A stretch of 64,000 nt of DNA from Longimicrobiales bacterium. Its GTDB lineage: Bacteria > Gemmatimonadota > Gemmatimonadetes > Longimicrobiales > Gaopeijiaceae. The stretch is taken from NCBI GenBank assembly GCA_965202985.1, contig CBDBCF010000001.1, forward strand, positions 416,001 to 480,000. The letters run 5' to 3'. This document shows, piece after piece, positions 1 to 10,621 of this stretch. Within the stretch, counting starts at the first letter, position 1. Each line of letters starts with the position of its first letter. A program made the translations under genes and the position numbers. Under the pieces are notes generated by a model that saw only the letters and a list, made by a program, of their open reading frames with translations, was not told the DNA's origin and searched no databases.

Positions 1-460
1 GCCCGCGGGCCACGCGCACCTTGGGAATCACAACCGCGTCGATCCGCGGTTCGTCGGCTGCCGCTCGGTCGGCGGTCCGAATCGCGGGAGACCTCTCCCG
101 TGCCCGCCCAAGCTCGGAGAGCAGCTCCGCGTCAAGTCGCCCTTCCGCAGAGGCAGGATCGTTGATGCGGACGACCCGCAACGGCCGCCTTCGTTCGCAA
201 TCGTCGTCGCGGTCCATGCCCGCAACGCGTTCCATGCCCCCCGCACCGCCCGCCCACTTGGCAAACAGCACGTGCAGCCCCTCCCGCCCGGCATCCTTGC
301 GTCCAGAGGCCACGGCGTCTTCGAGGTCGATGCACACGGCGTCCGCCGCGCTGGCCAGAGCCTTCGCACACCGGTCGGGGCGGTCCGCCGGCACAAAGAG
401 GATCGAGCGACAGCCGACGAATCGGGCTGCCACGTCCGGCCGACGTTCGGGCGGAGTCAT
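1..460 (-). CDS. CoA ester lyase, CitE/HpcH-HpaI aldolase family (3' end runs off the window)
   Basis: Not in the ORF track. Manual translation from ATG at 460 gives MTPPERRPDVAARFVGCRSILFVPADRPDRCAKALASAADAVCIDLEDAVASGRKDAGR, the typical CitE N-terminus (RSxLFVP...D(L)EDAV). Confidence 0.85.
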   Translation of the reverse strand, partial: MTPPERRPDVAARFVGCRSILFVPADRPDRCAKALASAADAVCIDLEDAVASGRKDAGREGLHVLFAKWAGGAGGMERVAGMDRDDDCERRRPLRVVRINDPASAEGRLDAELLSELGRARERSPAIRTADRAAADEPRIDAVVIPKVRVARG

Positions 461-487
461 TTCCACAAGACGGCCACGTCGATCGCG

Positions 488-1687
488 TCAGAACGACCGG
501 GGAAGCCCCAGCACATGCTGCGCGACATGGGCCAGCACAAGGTTGTTCGCGACCGGCGCCACCAAGTAGAGGCGCGCTTCCCGGAACTTGCGCTCGATAC
601 CGTACTCGGTGGCCATGCCCCAGCCGCCAAAGGCGTCCATCGCCGCGTTCCCCGCCTTCCAGGCCGCCCGCGACGCCAAGTACTTGGCCATGTTGGCCTC
701 AGCGCCCGGGGAACCGCCGGCGTCGTAAAGCTGCGCGGCTTGGTCCCGCACGGTCGCTGCCGCGCGCACGTGCATATAGGCGTCGGCTACGGGAAACTGC
801 ACGCCTTGGTTCTGCCCGATGGGGCGGCCGAACACCTGCCGGTCGCGGGCGTAGTCGGCGGCGCGGTCCACAAAGTACAAGCCGTCGCCAACGGACTCGG
901 AGGCCAGCAGGATGCGCTCCGCGTTCATCCCCGAAAGGATGTACTTGAAGCCTTGGCCCTCCTCGCCGATGCGGTTCTCGACGGGCACTTCCAGGTCGTC
1001 GAAGAAGACTTCGCTGGTGTCGTGGTTGATCATCGTGGTGACGGGCTTCGTCCGCACCGCGTCGCCGGCCTCGCGCAGGTCGACCAGAAAAACCGACAGG
1101 CCGTCCGCGCGCCTCGTTGTCGGGGAGGCGGGCGCAGTGCGCGCGAGCAGCATCATCAGGTCCGAGTGCGCCACCCGCGAGATGAAGACCTTCTGCCCGT
1201 TCACGACGTATCGGTCGCCCTTGCGCTCCGCGAAGGTACGGATGCTGGCTGTGTCGGAGCCGGCGTCGGGCTCCGTGACCGCGAACGCCTGCAGGCGCAA
1301 CTCGCCCGACGCGACCTTCGGCAGGAAGCGCACCTTCTGCTCGACGCTGCCGTGGCGCAGCAGCGTCCCCATCGTGTACATCTGGGCGTGGCACGCCGCC
1401 GCGTTGGCGCCGGACCGGTTGATCTCCTCCAGGATCACGCACGCCTCCGCCAGTCCCAGTCCCGCGCCGCCGTACGCTTCCGGGATCAGGCACGCCAAGT
1501 AGCCCGCCTCGGTCAGTGCGGCGACGAACGCCTCCGGGTAGGCCCGCGCCTCGTCGGCCTCGCGCCAGTAGTCGTTTCCGAAGCGCGAACAAAGGTCGCG
1601 AACCGCCGCGGCGAGCTCATCCGCCTGGGGACCATGTCGGGCGACCGGCGGGACCCCCGTGCGATCGCCGATTCCGGCCGGGTTCAC
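488..1687 (-). CDS. Acyl-CoA dehydrogenase
   Basis: ACAD motifs IPEAYGGAG, FAVTEPDAGSD, VNGQKVFIS, RQVFGRPIGQNQGVQF, FGGWG..EY.IER.FREARLY. GTG start at 1687 overlaps the upstream stop (GTGA). Confidence 0.93.
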   Translation of the reverse strand: MNPAGIGDRTGVPPVARHGPQADELAAAVRDLCSRFGNDYWREADEARAYPEAFVAALTEAGYLACLIPEAYGGAGLGLAEACVILEEINRSGANAAACHAQMYTMGTLLRHGSVEQKVRFLPKVASGELRLQAFAVTEPDAGSDTASIRTFAERKGDRYVVNGQKVFISRVAHSDLMMLLARTAPASPTTRRADGLSVFLVDLREAGDAVRTKPVTTMINHDTSEVFFDDLEVPVENRIGEEGQGFKYILSGMNAERILLASESVGDGLYFVDRAADYARDRQVFGRPIGQNQGVQFPVADAYMHVRAAATVRDQAAQLYDAGGSPGAEANMAKYLASRAAWKAGNAAMDAFGGWGMATEYGIERKFREARLYLVAPVANNLVLAHVAQHVLGLPRSF

Positions 1688-4629
1688 TGGCCTCGTCGGC
1701 CCGCCGGACTTGCGGCCTCCGCTGCGCGGATTACGGCCTGGACCTGCGCCGTCGGTCCGGCGCCCCAGCACGAGCGCCAGGGGTGGCTGACGCACGCCTT
1801 GCGGATGCGCTTGCCCAATTCGGTGCGCATGAAGCGCATGATCACAACGGCGTCGAAGACGGGAAGCTTGCGCTGGAAGTCCTCCAGAGGCTTCTGCCAG
1901 TTGGAGCCCCACCCGGTGTGAATGAAGGCGATCCGGACATGGGGATGGGTCTTTTGCAGCCGCTTGCGGACCAGCGGCTCCGCCCGCGCCTGCACTTCGT
2001 TGCCGCCGACGATCAGCACCTTCACCTCGGGCTTCGGGCCCTGGTCGTCCTCCGCCTCGGCCTGCGCCGACTCGGCAACGAGAGCGTCGTAGCGGTCCTC
2101 CATGTCCTTGTAGTTGGACGGGTCGATCCCGAACTGCTTGATCTTCTCAAGTATGCCTTGCGCGTCGTGGAGTCCGGCGTCGGTTCCCAGGCTGGCGTAC
2201 CCGTGGAAGTAGTCGCGAAGGACCTCCGTGGCTTCTGCGTAGCGGCCCTGGGACTCGTGACTGTGGGCCAGCGCCATCGCCGCGTCTTCGCGAGACCAAG
2301 CGGGCTCGTAGCGGGCGGGGTCGGACAGCAACGCCTCGAACGCCTTGGCGCCCGCCTTCCGCTGAGCCAGCGCCTCGAGGTCGTCGAGCAAGTCCGCCGC
2401 GGCTTCGTGGTTGCCGGCAGCGACGTGGCCGCGAAGGGCAGCTCGCAGGTCGGCGGCAGCCAAGTCGCCTGGCCGATCCTCTCTCCGCCCCCTGTCCTGA
2501 AGCGCCCGGACCGCCGAAGTGCAGTGCTCGAGCACGGACTTGCTTCGGGCGGCGATGTCCAGGATCGAATCGTCCTTGGCCTCGACGACCGCATCGTACA
2601 CCAGACGCCGGTTGGCTTGGTCGGCAAGCTCCATCGCCTCTGCCAGCGGGCGGAAGAGGTAGGGCGGAAGCGTGGCGCCGGCCTTCATGCCCTGGACCAT
2701 GATCTCGGGCCCTCGGGCGAGCCCCGCGCGCGACAGGGCGCCGATGTTGGCGATTCCGAAGTAGAGGTCGGCGGGAGGGCACATCTTCGCGTACCGCTCG
2801 CGGCGGCTCAGGAAAACGGAGCGAGCCTTCGCGAGATGCTCCACGGCTTCCTTGTATTCGTCTCCATCCAGGGCGTCCGCCCCTTCGGCGGCAGCGCGTC
2901 CGATCGCAAGTACGCCGAGACAGTAGTGGGCGTGACAGGCCTCCTCGACGTCATCGGCCACTGCGCTGCGAAAGTTCTCCTCGCCGAGCGACAACTTCTC
3001 CACGATCGTCGCCAGGTCGTCTCGCGCAACGGGGAGCCGCACTTCCCACAGTGCGCCCATGCCGCTGGCCACAAGTCCCAGGTCGGCGTGAACGAGCGAC
3101 CTCATCTTCGCATCCGGACCCCGCTTCAACAGCGCTTGCAGGGCGGCCGCGGCGCCTTGGTGCTCGTTGAGCTGCCGAAGACATTGGGCCTGCCGACGAC
3201 GCGCCTCCAAGAACGCCGGCGCGCGGGCCGACGCGCCGTCCTTCTCCATGGCTTCGGCGGCCTTCACCAGCAGGTCGAGCACGGGGCGGGCCGGCACGGG
3301 GTCTTCCGCCCGCAGCCGCCCGATCGCCGCGTCCAAGAGCAGCTCGTAAAGGTCGAGGCGCCCCGACAGCGCGGGCGTATGCACGAAGCGTGCAAGCTCG
3401 TCCATGCGGCCTTCGTCGGTCAGAGCGCGCACCGTGGGCCCCAACGCTTCTGCGGACGCCAAGTCCGAACCGTCTCCCAGGCCACGGACCACGTTCCTGC
3501 CGTCGTATTCGCGCACGATGCTGGGCCACGCCCCCGTCCGCGCCCATCCTCGTATGGCGCCGGCCCAGTAGAAGCGCTGGCCGTCGCGGTCGAGGGCCAG
3601 CCCCTCTTCCACCGCCGTCGATTGGCCGAACACGGTGTCGCGAAACCCGGCGTGATAGTGGGAGAGCGGCCGCCGCCCGTTGAGCCGAACGAACTCCTCC
3701 ACGGCCTTGTCGACCTCTTCGCGGGACAGGGCGCCGGACATGTCCTGCGCGGTGTCCAGGATCGCCTGGGTCAGCAAGCGGTCGAGGGAGGTCATCGAGG
3801 CGGGGGGGCTGGAGGAGGGGGCGGAGTCGGCGTGGCCGTGCTGTTCTTGAGTCGGGGCGGCGGAAGGGGCTGGGGCGGCATCGCGGCTGGGCGCCGAGGC
3901 TTGGTCCGCGCCCGAGGCAAGAGCTTGATCCCCACCGGGCCGCGCACCGGCGCCGCCGTCTCCCACCGCGTCCCAGGCCTCTGCCTTGTTCGCGAGTCCT
4001 CGCGTCCAGCTTCGGAGATGGCTCGCGTCGAGCGCGCGCCGAAGGACCAGGACCAACAAGTAGAGGACTGCGTTGCGCACGCCGTACTCCCCCGCAAGCC
4101 GGTCGGCGGCGGCGTGAAGGTCGTCCTCTTGGGCGACGATAGGGGTGGTCGAATTGGCCAGCCCGTTTCGCGAATTCGCCCCCAGCAAGTCGTCGAAGCG
4201 GCCGACCATCGCCCTGCGACCCGTCAGGTGAAGCTGTTCCAGCAACGACGACACCAACTTGGCTTCGAGCGAAAACGCGGTCTTGAACTCTCCCGCCAGC
4301 CGCCCGTCGGGCCACCTGCGCACCGTCTCCGGCCTCACGCGTCTGGCAAGGGCGATCATGGAGACGAGGGCCTTCCGGTTCTTGCCCTTCCCCTCCAGGA
4401 CGTACCGCGCCGCCAGCGCTCGCTCGTCCGGCCGCAGCGCCTTCCACAGACCGCTGGCCGTCAGTCGGTCCGGGTCCTCGGTCATCCGCCCCAGCATCGG
4501 CTCCACTCCCAACAGTTCCAGTCCTTCCGCCGTCATCTCGTTCTCCATTGCGTGAGCATTCGATTCCATCTGCGAAGGCGCTCCATCGAGTGCGGTGCCG
4601 CGACCGCCGCCATGTGCTTGATTGATCAC
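1684..4629 (-). CDS. Large hypothetical protein: helical N-terminal domain, TPR-like middle, C-terminal Rossmann-like (DUF2325-like) domain
   Basis: 981-aa ORF with normal composition. TPR-like helices (AHYCLGVLA, AMALAHSHESQGRYAEATEVL). C-terminal KVLIVGG...DAVVIMRFM. True start may be near 4548. Confidence 0.7.
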   Translation of the reverse strand: MINQAHGGGRGTALDGAPSQMESNAHAMENEMTAEGLELLGVEPMLGRMTEDPDRLTASGLWKALRPDERALAARYVLEGKGKNRKALVSMIALARRVRPETVRRWPDGRLAGEFKTAFSLEAKLVSSLLEQLHLTGRRAMVGRFDDLLGANSRNGLANSTTPIVAQEDDLHAAADRLAGEYGVRNAVLYLLVLVLRRALDASHLRSWTRGLANKAEAWDAVGDGGAGARPGGDQALASGADQASAPSRDAAPAPSAAPTQEQHGHADSAPSSSPPASMTSLDRLLTQAILDTAQDMSGALSREEVDKAVEEFVRLNGRRPLSHYHAGFRDTVFGQSTAVEEGLALDRDGQRFYWAGAIRGWARTGAWPSIVREYDGRNVVRGLGDGSDLASAEALGPTVRALTDEGRMDELARFVHTPALSGRLDLYELLLDAAIGRLRAEDPVPARPVLDLLVKAAEAMEKDGASARAPAFLEARRRQAQCLRQLNEHQGAAAALQALLKRGPDAKMRSLVHADLGLVASGMGALWEVRLPVARDDLATIVEKLSLGEENFRSAVADDVEEACHAHYCLGVLAIGRAAAEGADALDGDEYKEAVEHLAKARSVFLSRRERYAKMCPPADLYFGIANIGALSRAGLARGPEIMVQGMKAGATLPPYLFRPLAEAMELADQANRRLVYDAVVEAKDDSILDIAARSKSVLEHCTSAVRALQDRGRREDRPGDLAAADLRAALRGHVAAGNHEAAADLLDDLEALAQRKAGAKAFEALLSDPARYEPAWSREDAAMALAHSHESQGRYAEATEVLRDYFHGYASLGTDAGLHDAQGILEKIKQFGIDPSNYKDMEDRYDALVAESAQAEAEDDQGPKPEVKVLIVGGNEVQARAEPLVRKRLQKTHPHVRIAFIHTGWGSNWQKPLEDFQRKLPVFDAVVIMRFMRTELGKRIRKACVSHPWRSCWGAGPTAQVQAVIRAAEAASPAGRRGQ

Positions 4630-4817
4630 CTGCCTCCGAGCATCCCGACGGCGATGCTATCAGGGGGTCCCCTGTCGGGCAACCGGCGTCTCGCGGTCCG
4701 TAGCCGCGCCAACTCGGTCGTCGCCTGGACGATCCGCACAAACAGTATCGTGGAGCCATACGTTCTCGTTTCTTTTCATTCACGGGATCCTGCGAGACTT
4801 GGCGGACGGAGACCTAG

Positions 4818-6346
4818 CAGTCCGTGGATAAACGGGTTTGGCGCGTGCGCGACGGAACTTGGCGGGACACGGGCGTTTACCGGGCTCTCGACGGCGCGAA
4901 CGCGCGGAATTCGCGGAATTGGGCTTGAAGCGGCCCCAAGAGGCGCTCGAGCGGCCCGAGAGCGGCCGATGGGCGGCAAAATCGGCGCAAAACGGAGGAG
5001 GAGGCGCCCGTTGCGCAGGAATCGAGCACAGCTTGCGCTGCGGCGGGGCGGCCCTGCAGGCCCCGAGGCGTGCCGACGCCGAAGCGCCTTCGCATGAGCA
5101 GTCCGAGGTTGAAGGCGGCGACGTGAATCAGCATCCGCTTGCGGATGTCCTCGTGGCCGCGAACGTGCACGCGGCGAAGCCCGCCCGTCTCCAGCAGGTG
5201 CGCGAACGAGCGCTCGAGCTTCTCGCCCCGCATCCTCAGCAGCGCCTTGCCGCGCTCGCCCCGAATCCGCCGCCGGTTCGCGTAGACCGGCTTCTGGGCT
5301 TCCTTGTTCTGCTTCCAGCTCCGCCGACCGCGCTCGGGCTCGCTCACGTAGCCGCGCAGCCCCCGGTCCTCCAACTCCGTCATCGTCCTGTTCGAGTGAT
5401 AGCCTTTGTCGCACACCACTTCCGCCGCCCCAGCACCCAGCTCCGCCAGCCGCCGCTCCGCCTCGTCCAGCGTCTCCGGCAGCGACGCCACGTCGCCCCC
5501 GTCCGTCGTCTGCACCGTCACGCCCACCACCGCGCCCGACTCCAGGTCCACCGCCTGCTCCAGCTTGTGACCCAGGCGCGTGCGCCCGTCCTTCATCTTC
5601 GTGATCCGCGCCTCCGGGTCCCCCGGATGCACCCACTCCGCGTTCGACCCCTTCTTCGGACGCTTCCGGTCCAGCTTCGCCAACTCCGCGCGCGTCGGCG
5701 TCTCGATCCCCGACGACCGCGCCAGCTCCCGCAGCCACGCCTCGTAGCCCGTGCCCGCGTCCCGACGCACGATCGAGCGCATCGCCGCGTTCGCCTCCAA
5801 AGTCGTCGAGTCCACGCCCAGCGTCCCGCCCCCCAGCAGCCCCGAGTCGTCCACCAGCCGCAGCACGCGCGCGAACACCGCGACGTGCGCCTCCACGCTC
5901 AGCCGCTTGCGCGTCTTCGACAGGCTCGAATGGTCCGGCGGGTTCCTCGTCAGCTCGTACCCCAGGAACGCCCGCACCGAAAACGAGTCCCTGCAACGCC
6001 AGGCGATGCCCCGCTCCGACGAGATGCCCTCCAAGTACCCCACCATCAGCGCCCGGAAGTACACACTCGGAGGAACTCCCGGCCGGCCCACGTTGCCCGC
6101 GTAGAACTCGGCGCACACCTCCTCCGCGAACTCGTCGAAGCCGTCCTCCCGCAACAGCTTGTCCAGCGCGCGGTAGAACGGGTGCTCGGTCACGCTGATC
6201 TCGCTGGTCGCCACGAACAGCGCCTCCTGGCGCACGCTCGGACGCTTGCCCAACGCCATCGCCGTCCTCCTTCCAGGGAATCGTCGCCTCCCTCCAATCT
6301 AACCCCTATCCCCAACGCCGCCCGGAAGGACTTTATCCACGGGCTT
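4818..6346 (-). mobile_element. IS1182-like (IS5-related DDE) insertion sequence
   Basis: Imperfect terminal IRs CAGTCCGTGGATAAA (4818-4832) and TTTATCCACGGGCTT (6332-6346), flanked by CTAG at 4814-4817 and 6347-6350. Confidence 0.85.
4877..6259 (-). CDS. DDE transposase, IS1182-like (DUF772-type N-terminus)
   Basis: GRPGVPP...SERGIAWRCRDS...PDHSSLSKTRKRL, VDSTTLEANA, CDKGYHS, ERSFAH motifs. Confidence 0.9.
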   Translation of the reverse strand: MALGKRPSVRQEALFVATSEISVTEHPFYRALDKLLREDGFDEFAEEVCAEFYAGNVGRPGVPPSVYFRALMVGYLEGISSERGIAWRCRDSFSVRAFLGYELTRNPPDHSSLSKTRKRLSVEAHVAVFARVLRLVDDSGLLGGGTLGVDSTTLEANAAMRSIVRRDAGTGYEAWLRELARSSGIETPTRAELAKLDRKRPKKGSNAEWVHPGDPEARITKMKDGRTRLGHKLEQAVDLESGAVVGVTVQTTDGGDVASLPETLDEAERRLAELGAGAAEVVCDKGYHSNRTMTELEDRGLRGYVSEPERGRRSWKQNKEAQKPVYANRRRIRGERGKALLRMRGEKLERSFAHLLETGGLRRVHVRGHEDIRKRMLIHVAAFNLGLLMRRRFGVGTPRGLQGRPAAAQAVLDSCATGASSSVLRRFCRPSAALGPLERLLGPLQAQFREFRAFAPSRAR

Positions 6347-6383
6347 CTAGGGCTTGATCATCGGCGTTCTCATAATCGCCATT

Positions 6384-6733
6384 CTATCGCTTCACAAGTC
6401 TTCCCAAGTAGATGTCTAGTATCGCTCGCGGACTAATCCTTTCTTGTCCGCGTCCATCCTCGGTTGGATCTGTGTCTGCTTCCGGTTCTATGCCTGCGTT
6501 CCGTAAGTCTCTAAGTCTGTCGTCATCAACATCACTACCAGAATAATATCTGTATCCCATCGGAAAAAAGATGTTGAGAAAATTCGTCATAATATCACTG
6601 GCCGTACCGGCCTTACTGATCATCGCACTGACTTGGCCATGAAAGATATCTTCCTCGCCTGGCTGAGGGCTTCTAGTAAGGCTATCGACAGCAGCGCGCA
6701 ACGCAACAAATGCATCAGGAAGAAAAATTCGAA
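6384..6733 (-). pseudogene. 3' remnant of an unknown low-GC gene truncated by ISL3
   Basis: Open frame of about 116 codons (LRIFLPDAFVALRAAVDSL...GRLVKR*) whose 5' part is cut off by the IS end at 6734. Confidence 0.5.
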
Positions 6734-8127
6734 GGCGCTTCCCCATATGGTGTGGGCTGTGTAGGATCAAGGGGCGACATGGACCATGAACCGAGGAGGC
6801 GAGGATGGAGATGCGGAAGTGGGTGGAGAGCTTGATGGCGTTGGGGCCGGGCTGGGAGGTGAAGGGGGTCGAGGAGGACCCGGTGCTGATGGAGGCGCGG
6901 GTGCGCGTGGCGAGGCGGACGGGCGAGCCGTTGACGTGTCCCGAGTGCGGCCGGCCGTGTCCGGGATACGACGCTCGGGAGCGGGAGTGGCGGCACCTGG
7001 ACGCTTGGGGCTACAAGACGTTCGTGGTCTGCGACCTGCCTCGGGTCGAGTGTCCGGAGCACGGGGTGCGGACGGCATCGATGCCCTGGGCGGCGGACAA
7101 GTCGAGGTACACGGCGGCGTTCGAGGAGGAGGTGACGGCGTGGCTCGGCGAGGCCAGCATCCTGGGGGTGTCGAAGCGCATGAGGATGAGCTGGAACGCT
7201 GTGAGCGGCATCATGGAGCGGGCGGTGCGCCGGGGGCTCGAGCGCCGGAAGGCGGAGCCGGTCCGGCGGCTGGCGGTGGACGAGACGTCGGTCAAGCGCG
7301 GACACCGGTACGCGACGATCGTGTCGGACACGGACACGGGGCGCGTGCTGCACGTGGCGAAGGGTCGGACCCGAGAGTCGCTGGCGCAGTTCTACCGGAG
7401 CAGGGACGGCGGCTGGCTGGCCGGGTTGGAGAGCGTGTCGATGGACATGTGGGGTCCCTACGTGGCGGCGACGGGGGAGTGGGTGCCGGGCGCGGAGCTG
7501 AAGACGGCGTTCGACCGCTTCCACGTGGCCAAGCACCTGGCGGACGCGGTGGACAAGGTGCGGCGCGCCGAGCACCGCGAGCTGCTGGCGCAGGGCAGCG
7601 CCGTGCTCGCGAGGACGCGCTACCGGTGGCTGACTGGACGCGGCAAGATGAGTCACGCCGAGAAGCTGGCGTTCGCGGCGCTGCGCAAGAACGTGGACCG
7701 GACCGCCCGCGCCTGGGCGGTGAAGGAGGCGGCATCGAAGCTGTGGGACTACAAGCTCCGGGGCTCGGCCGAGAACGCCTGGCTGCACTGGCTGCAATGG
7801 GCGTCGGGCTGCGGGCTCGCGCCCGTTCACAAGGTCGCCGAGATGGTCGGCGCCCACCTGTGGGGCATACTCAACGCCGTCGTGCTGCGAGCGACCAACG
7901 GCCCGGCCGAGAGCATCAACAGCAGGATCCAGATGGTCAAGGCCCGCAGCCGCGGCTTCCGCAACTACGACCGCTTCGTCACCGCCATCCTCTTCCACCT
8001 CGGCGGCCTCGACCTCTCGCCCCGCACCGCCCGCCGGTGACCCCGTAGACCCCTCGTCCCGCCTTCCTCGACAAGCGATGCTCAGCACCCTGCCCAACCG
8101 CGAACCCACTAGGTTAAGCGAAGAGCC
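6734..8127 (+). mobile_element. ISL3 family insertion sequence, copy 1 (1394 bp)
   Basis: Ends GGCGCTTCCCC... and ...AAGCGAAGAGCC (imperfect IRs). Near-identical to 10622-12015. Flanks AATTCGAA and AAATCCTT are not a duplication. Confidence 0.93.
6805..8040 (+). CDS. ISL3 family transposase
   Basis: zf-ISL3 CPECG...RVECPEHGV, LAVDE, MDMWGPY, DRFHV, TNGPAESINSRIQMVKARSRGFRN. Confidence 0.95.
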   Translation: MEMRKWVESLMALGPGWEVKGVEEDPVLMEARVRVARRTGEPLTCPECGRPCPGYDAREREWRHLDAWGYKTFVVCDLPRVECPEHGVRTASMPWAADKSRYTAAFEEEVTAWLGEASILGVSKRMRMSWNAVSGIMERAVRRGLERRKAEPVRRLAVDETSVKRGHRYATIVSDTDTGRVLHVAKGRTRESLAQFYRSRDGGWLAGLESVSMDMWGPYVAATGEWVPGAELKTAFDRFHVAKHLADAVDKVRRAEHRELLAQGSAVLARTRYRWLTGRGKMSHAEKLAFAALRKNVDRTARAWAVKEAASKLWDYKLRGSAENAWLHWLQWASGCGLAPVHKVAEMVGAHLWGILNAVVLRATNGPAESINSRIQMVKARSRGFRNYDRFVTAILFHLGGLDLSPRTARR

Positions 8128-10621
8128 AAATCCTTCAGCTTCAAGACACTTCTGGACTTCGTTTTCCACGTACTGTCCGAGCCTTTGATTTCGCCTTACC
8201 GTCTTTCGCCTGGCCGCCTGCTCCTCCAGCACCTCCACCGCCTCTTCCAGACGTTCCGCAGCGCCTCCAGCCAGTGCGAGAATCTTTCCTATACACTCTT
8301 CCAACCGCCTCGACTCTCCGGGATACCACTCTTTCATAACATCATTTGGTGCAATTCCAAGAGCCTTCAATAGCCGGTGAGTCCCCGATCCCGAATCACG
8401 CAGAGCATCCCAGATACCATCGGCACTCGCGCCATCTCCGCGCAACAACTTGGCTATGTTCCGTTCATCCGCCTTCCCTGTACTGTCCTTGCCCTTTGGA
8501 ATCCACCTGTTGTTACGTACCGGCTCCAACCAACTGGCCACCACATACCTATGGCGTGTTCCACACTCGCAGCGTGCCGATTGCTCGAGCACACAATTCT
8601 TCTCTGATACTACGTATTCCGCCAAAAAACGCCACAGCATATACGCCAACCGCGGGCTCTTGCGAACCCGATTCATGATTCCTATGTCACTGGTTTGCAT
8701 ATACGCAATTTTCGTAACGCTCATCTCGTCTTCGGATTCGTGATCACGATCCTCGTCCCTCGGCTCATCGTGATGCAATGTATTGGTCTTCCGGTTGCAA
8801 TGAATCAATAGTTCACTTAGTACGAGCCCTCTCTGTCCAGTACACTCCATGCACTCGCGTCAGGCACAACGGTATAGAACCTTTCCGCCAATATACGTCG
8901 TTTCGGAAACAGATCACTAAACGTACGCGCAGTTGGTTCCCATGCACCCAAAGGAGCCAGTGGAGGATCGCTTCCGCCCAGTTCAATCGTTTCCGCAGAG
9001 TCTCCTTGGGAGTAAACCACAAAGTTTTTCAGTTTGTGCCCATTCTTGCTGCGCCACGAGATAAGAAAAAAGACTGGCACTTGCTTCCTGAAACACTTGG
9101 TCATTCGCCTTCGACATTACTCTCGCGATGAGCCCTGTCAGTACATCCTCTGTGCCTCGATCTCCCTTCCCAGGCTTTTCGTCCAAGGATTTCATGCCTT
9201 GATCACGAAGTTCAAGATCCCAACTCAAGATCCGTGCAATCTTCTTAAGATCATTGTCGATTCCCGTATCCCTGTAGAGTTTGTCCAGTCTACATAAGAT
9301 GCCTTCTTGACTCGGAACTATACAATGCTGCTCACTGTCCTCCCCCATTCCAACCGATTTAAGAAAACCGTGGCATCGACTAATCCATGTCACCGTATTT
9401 TCGCTGCCGTCACCGAGCGCCTTTCTCAGTTGCTCAACAGTCCCAGGACTGTCTTCTGTCACACCAGACTTTTCTGCAATGCATCGGATGAGCGCACGCC
9501 CATCGTATACTTCGTCAAGGTCGGACTTGTGAAATCTAAGCCAACTCCTCAAAGCTTTGGCCCAACCGGCGGCTTCTTCCTGACATACCAGCCTCTCTCT
9601 ATAGTCGATTACTTGTTGGAACAGTTGCCAGAGTTCAGTGACATCACCATTGTCCGTAAACGGCACTGCCGCATCGACACTAGGTACGATTTTGCCAGTG
9701 CAGGTGCGAAGAAGTCGCGTATTGCGAATCCGCGAAATCAAATCCAACAAACAGCGAGTAAGCCACTCATTGTCGAACCATTCTCTTTCCCGAAGAGTAG
9801 GGATCGTAGATAGTATATGGGCGTCCCCTATGTCCTGGGACGACACGCATTTGAGCAAATCGACAAGCAACTCGCAGGCTATGTGAATGAGATTTCGGTT
9901 GGGGAGATCAGGGTCCTTAAAGAAAACGCCGTCGCGTTCGGGGGTCGCCTTGAACAAGCGACTATTGATTACGGCTGGAAAGCTGAAATCCTCGGTGCCA
10001 ACCAACGGAAATCCGACGAATATCCTGGGGACAGGGCCAAGCGGGACGGCTCGAGTGGACGCGATCGGAACAGCCACCATGACATCTGCACGTTCGGCGA
10101 GGAAGTAGCATCGCTCGACCTCCTTGTCGTTCGCTTTTTCGGCTACGGTCACTTGAGTTACACGGTCACAGGATGAAACCGAATCTCGACTCGTCGCCGT
10201 GTAGTCGGTTTGGCCCTCTGGAGTGCTTACGCGAATCCTGCAAAAGTCCTTATTGAAAGCCAGGACGTACGGTGCACAATGTCGCAACTGCGCAATTCCA
10301 GCGGCAACAGTCTTTTCGGCATCAGGCGACATTGGATACTTGAATCGTGTGACTGCGTCTCCTGAAGCTGGGCGTAGGGATGTCTTGAAGTCCTCAAATG
10401 CTTTCTGCATCGCGATAGTCATGTCATCGACTGAAGTCAGAGAACGCTCAAGAAGAAAGCAAAATCCTCTGCCATCCTTCAGATGGCCAGAGACCTCTAT
10501 CTTGGATGAGAGCAAATGTGTCGTGAGGAAGCCGCTACCGTACTGACCGATCGTGTCATCGCTCTCCACTTTTGTGGAGCCATGGTAGATGAGATGAAAT
10601 ACTTCCTTAGAATCGAAACTC

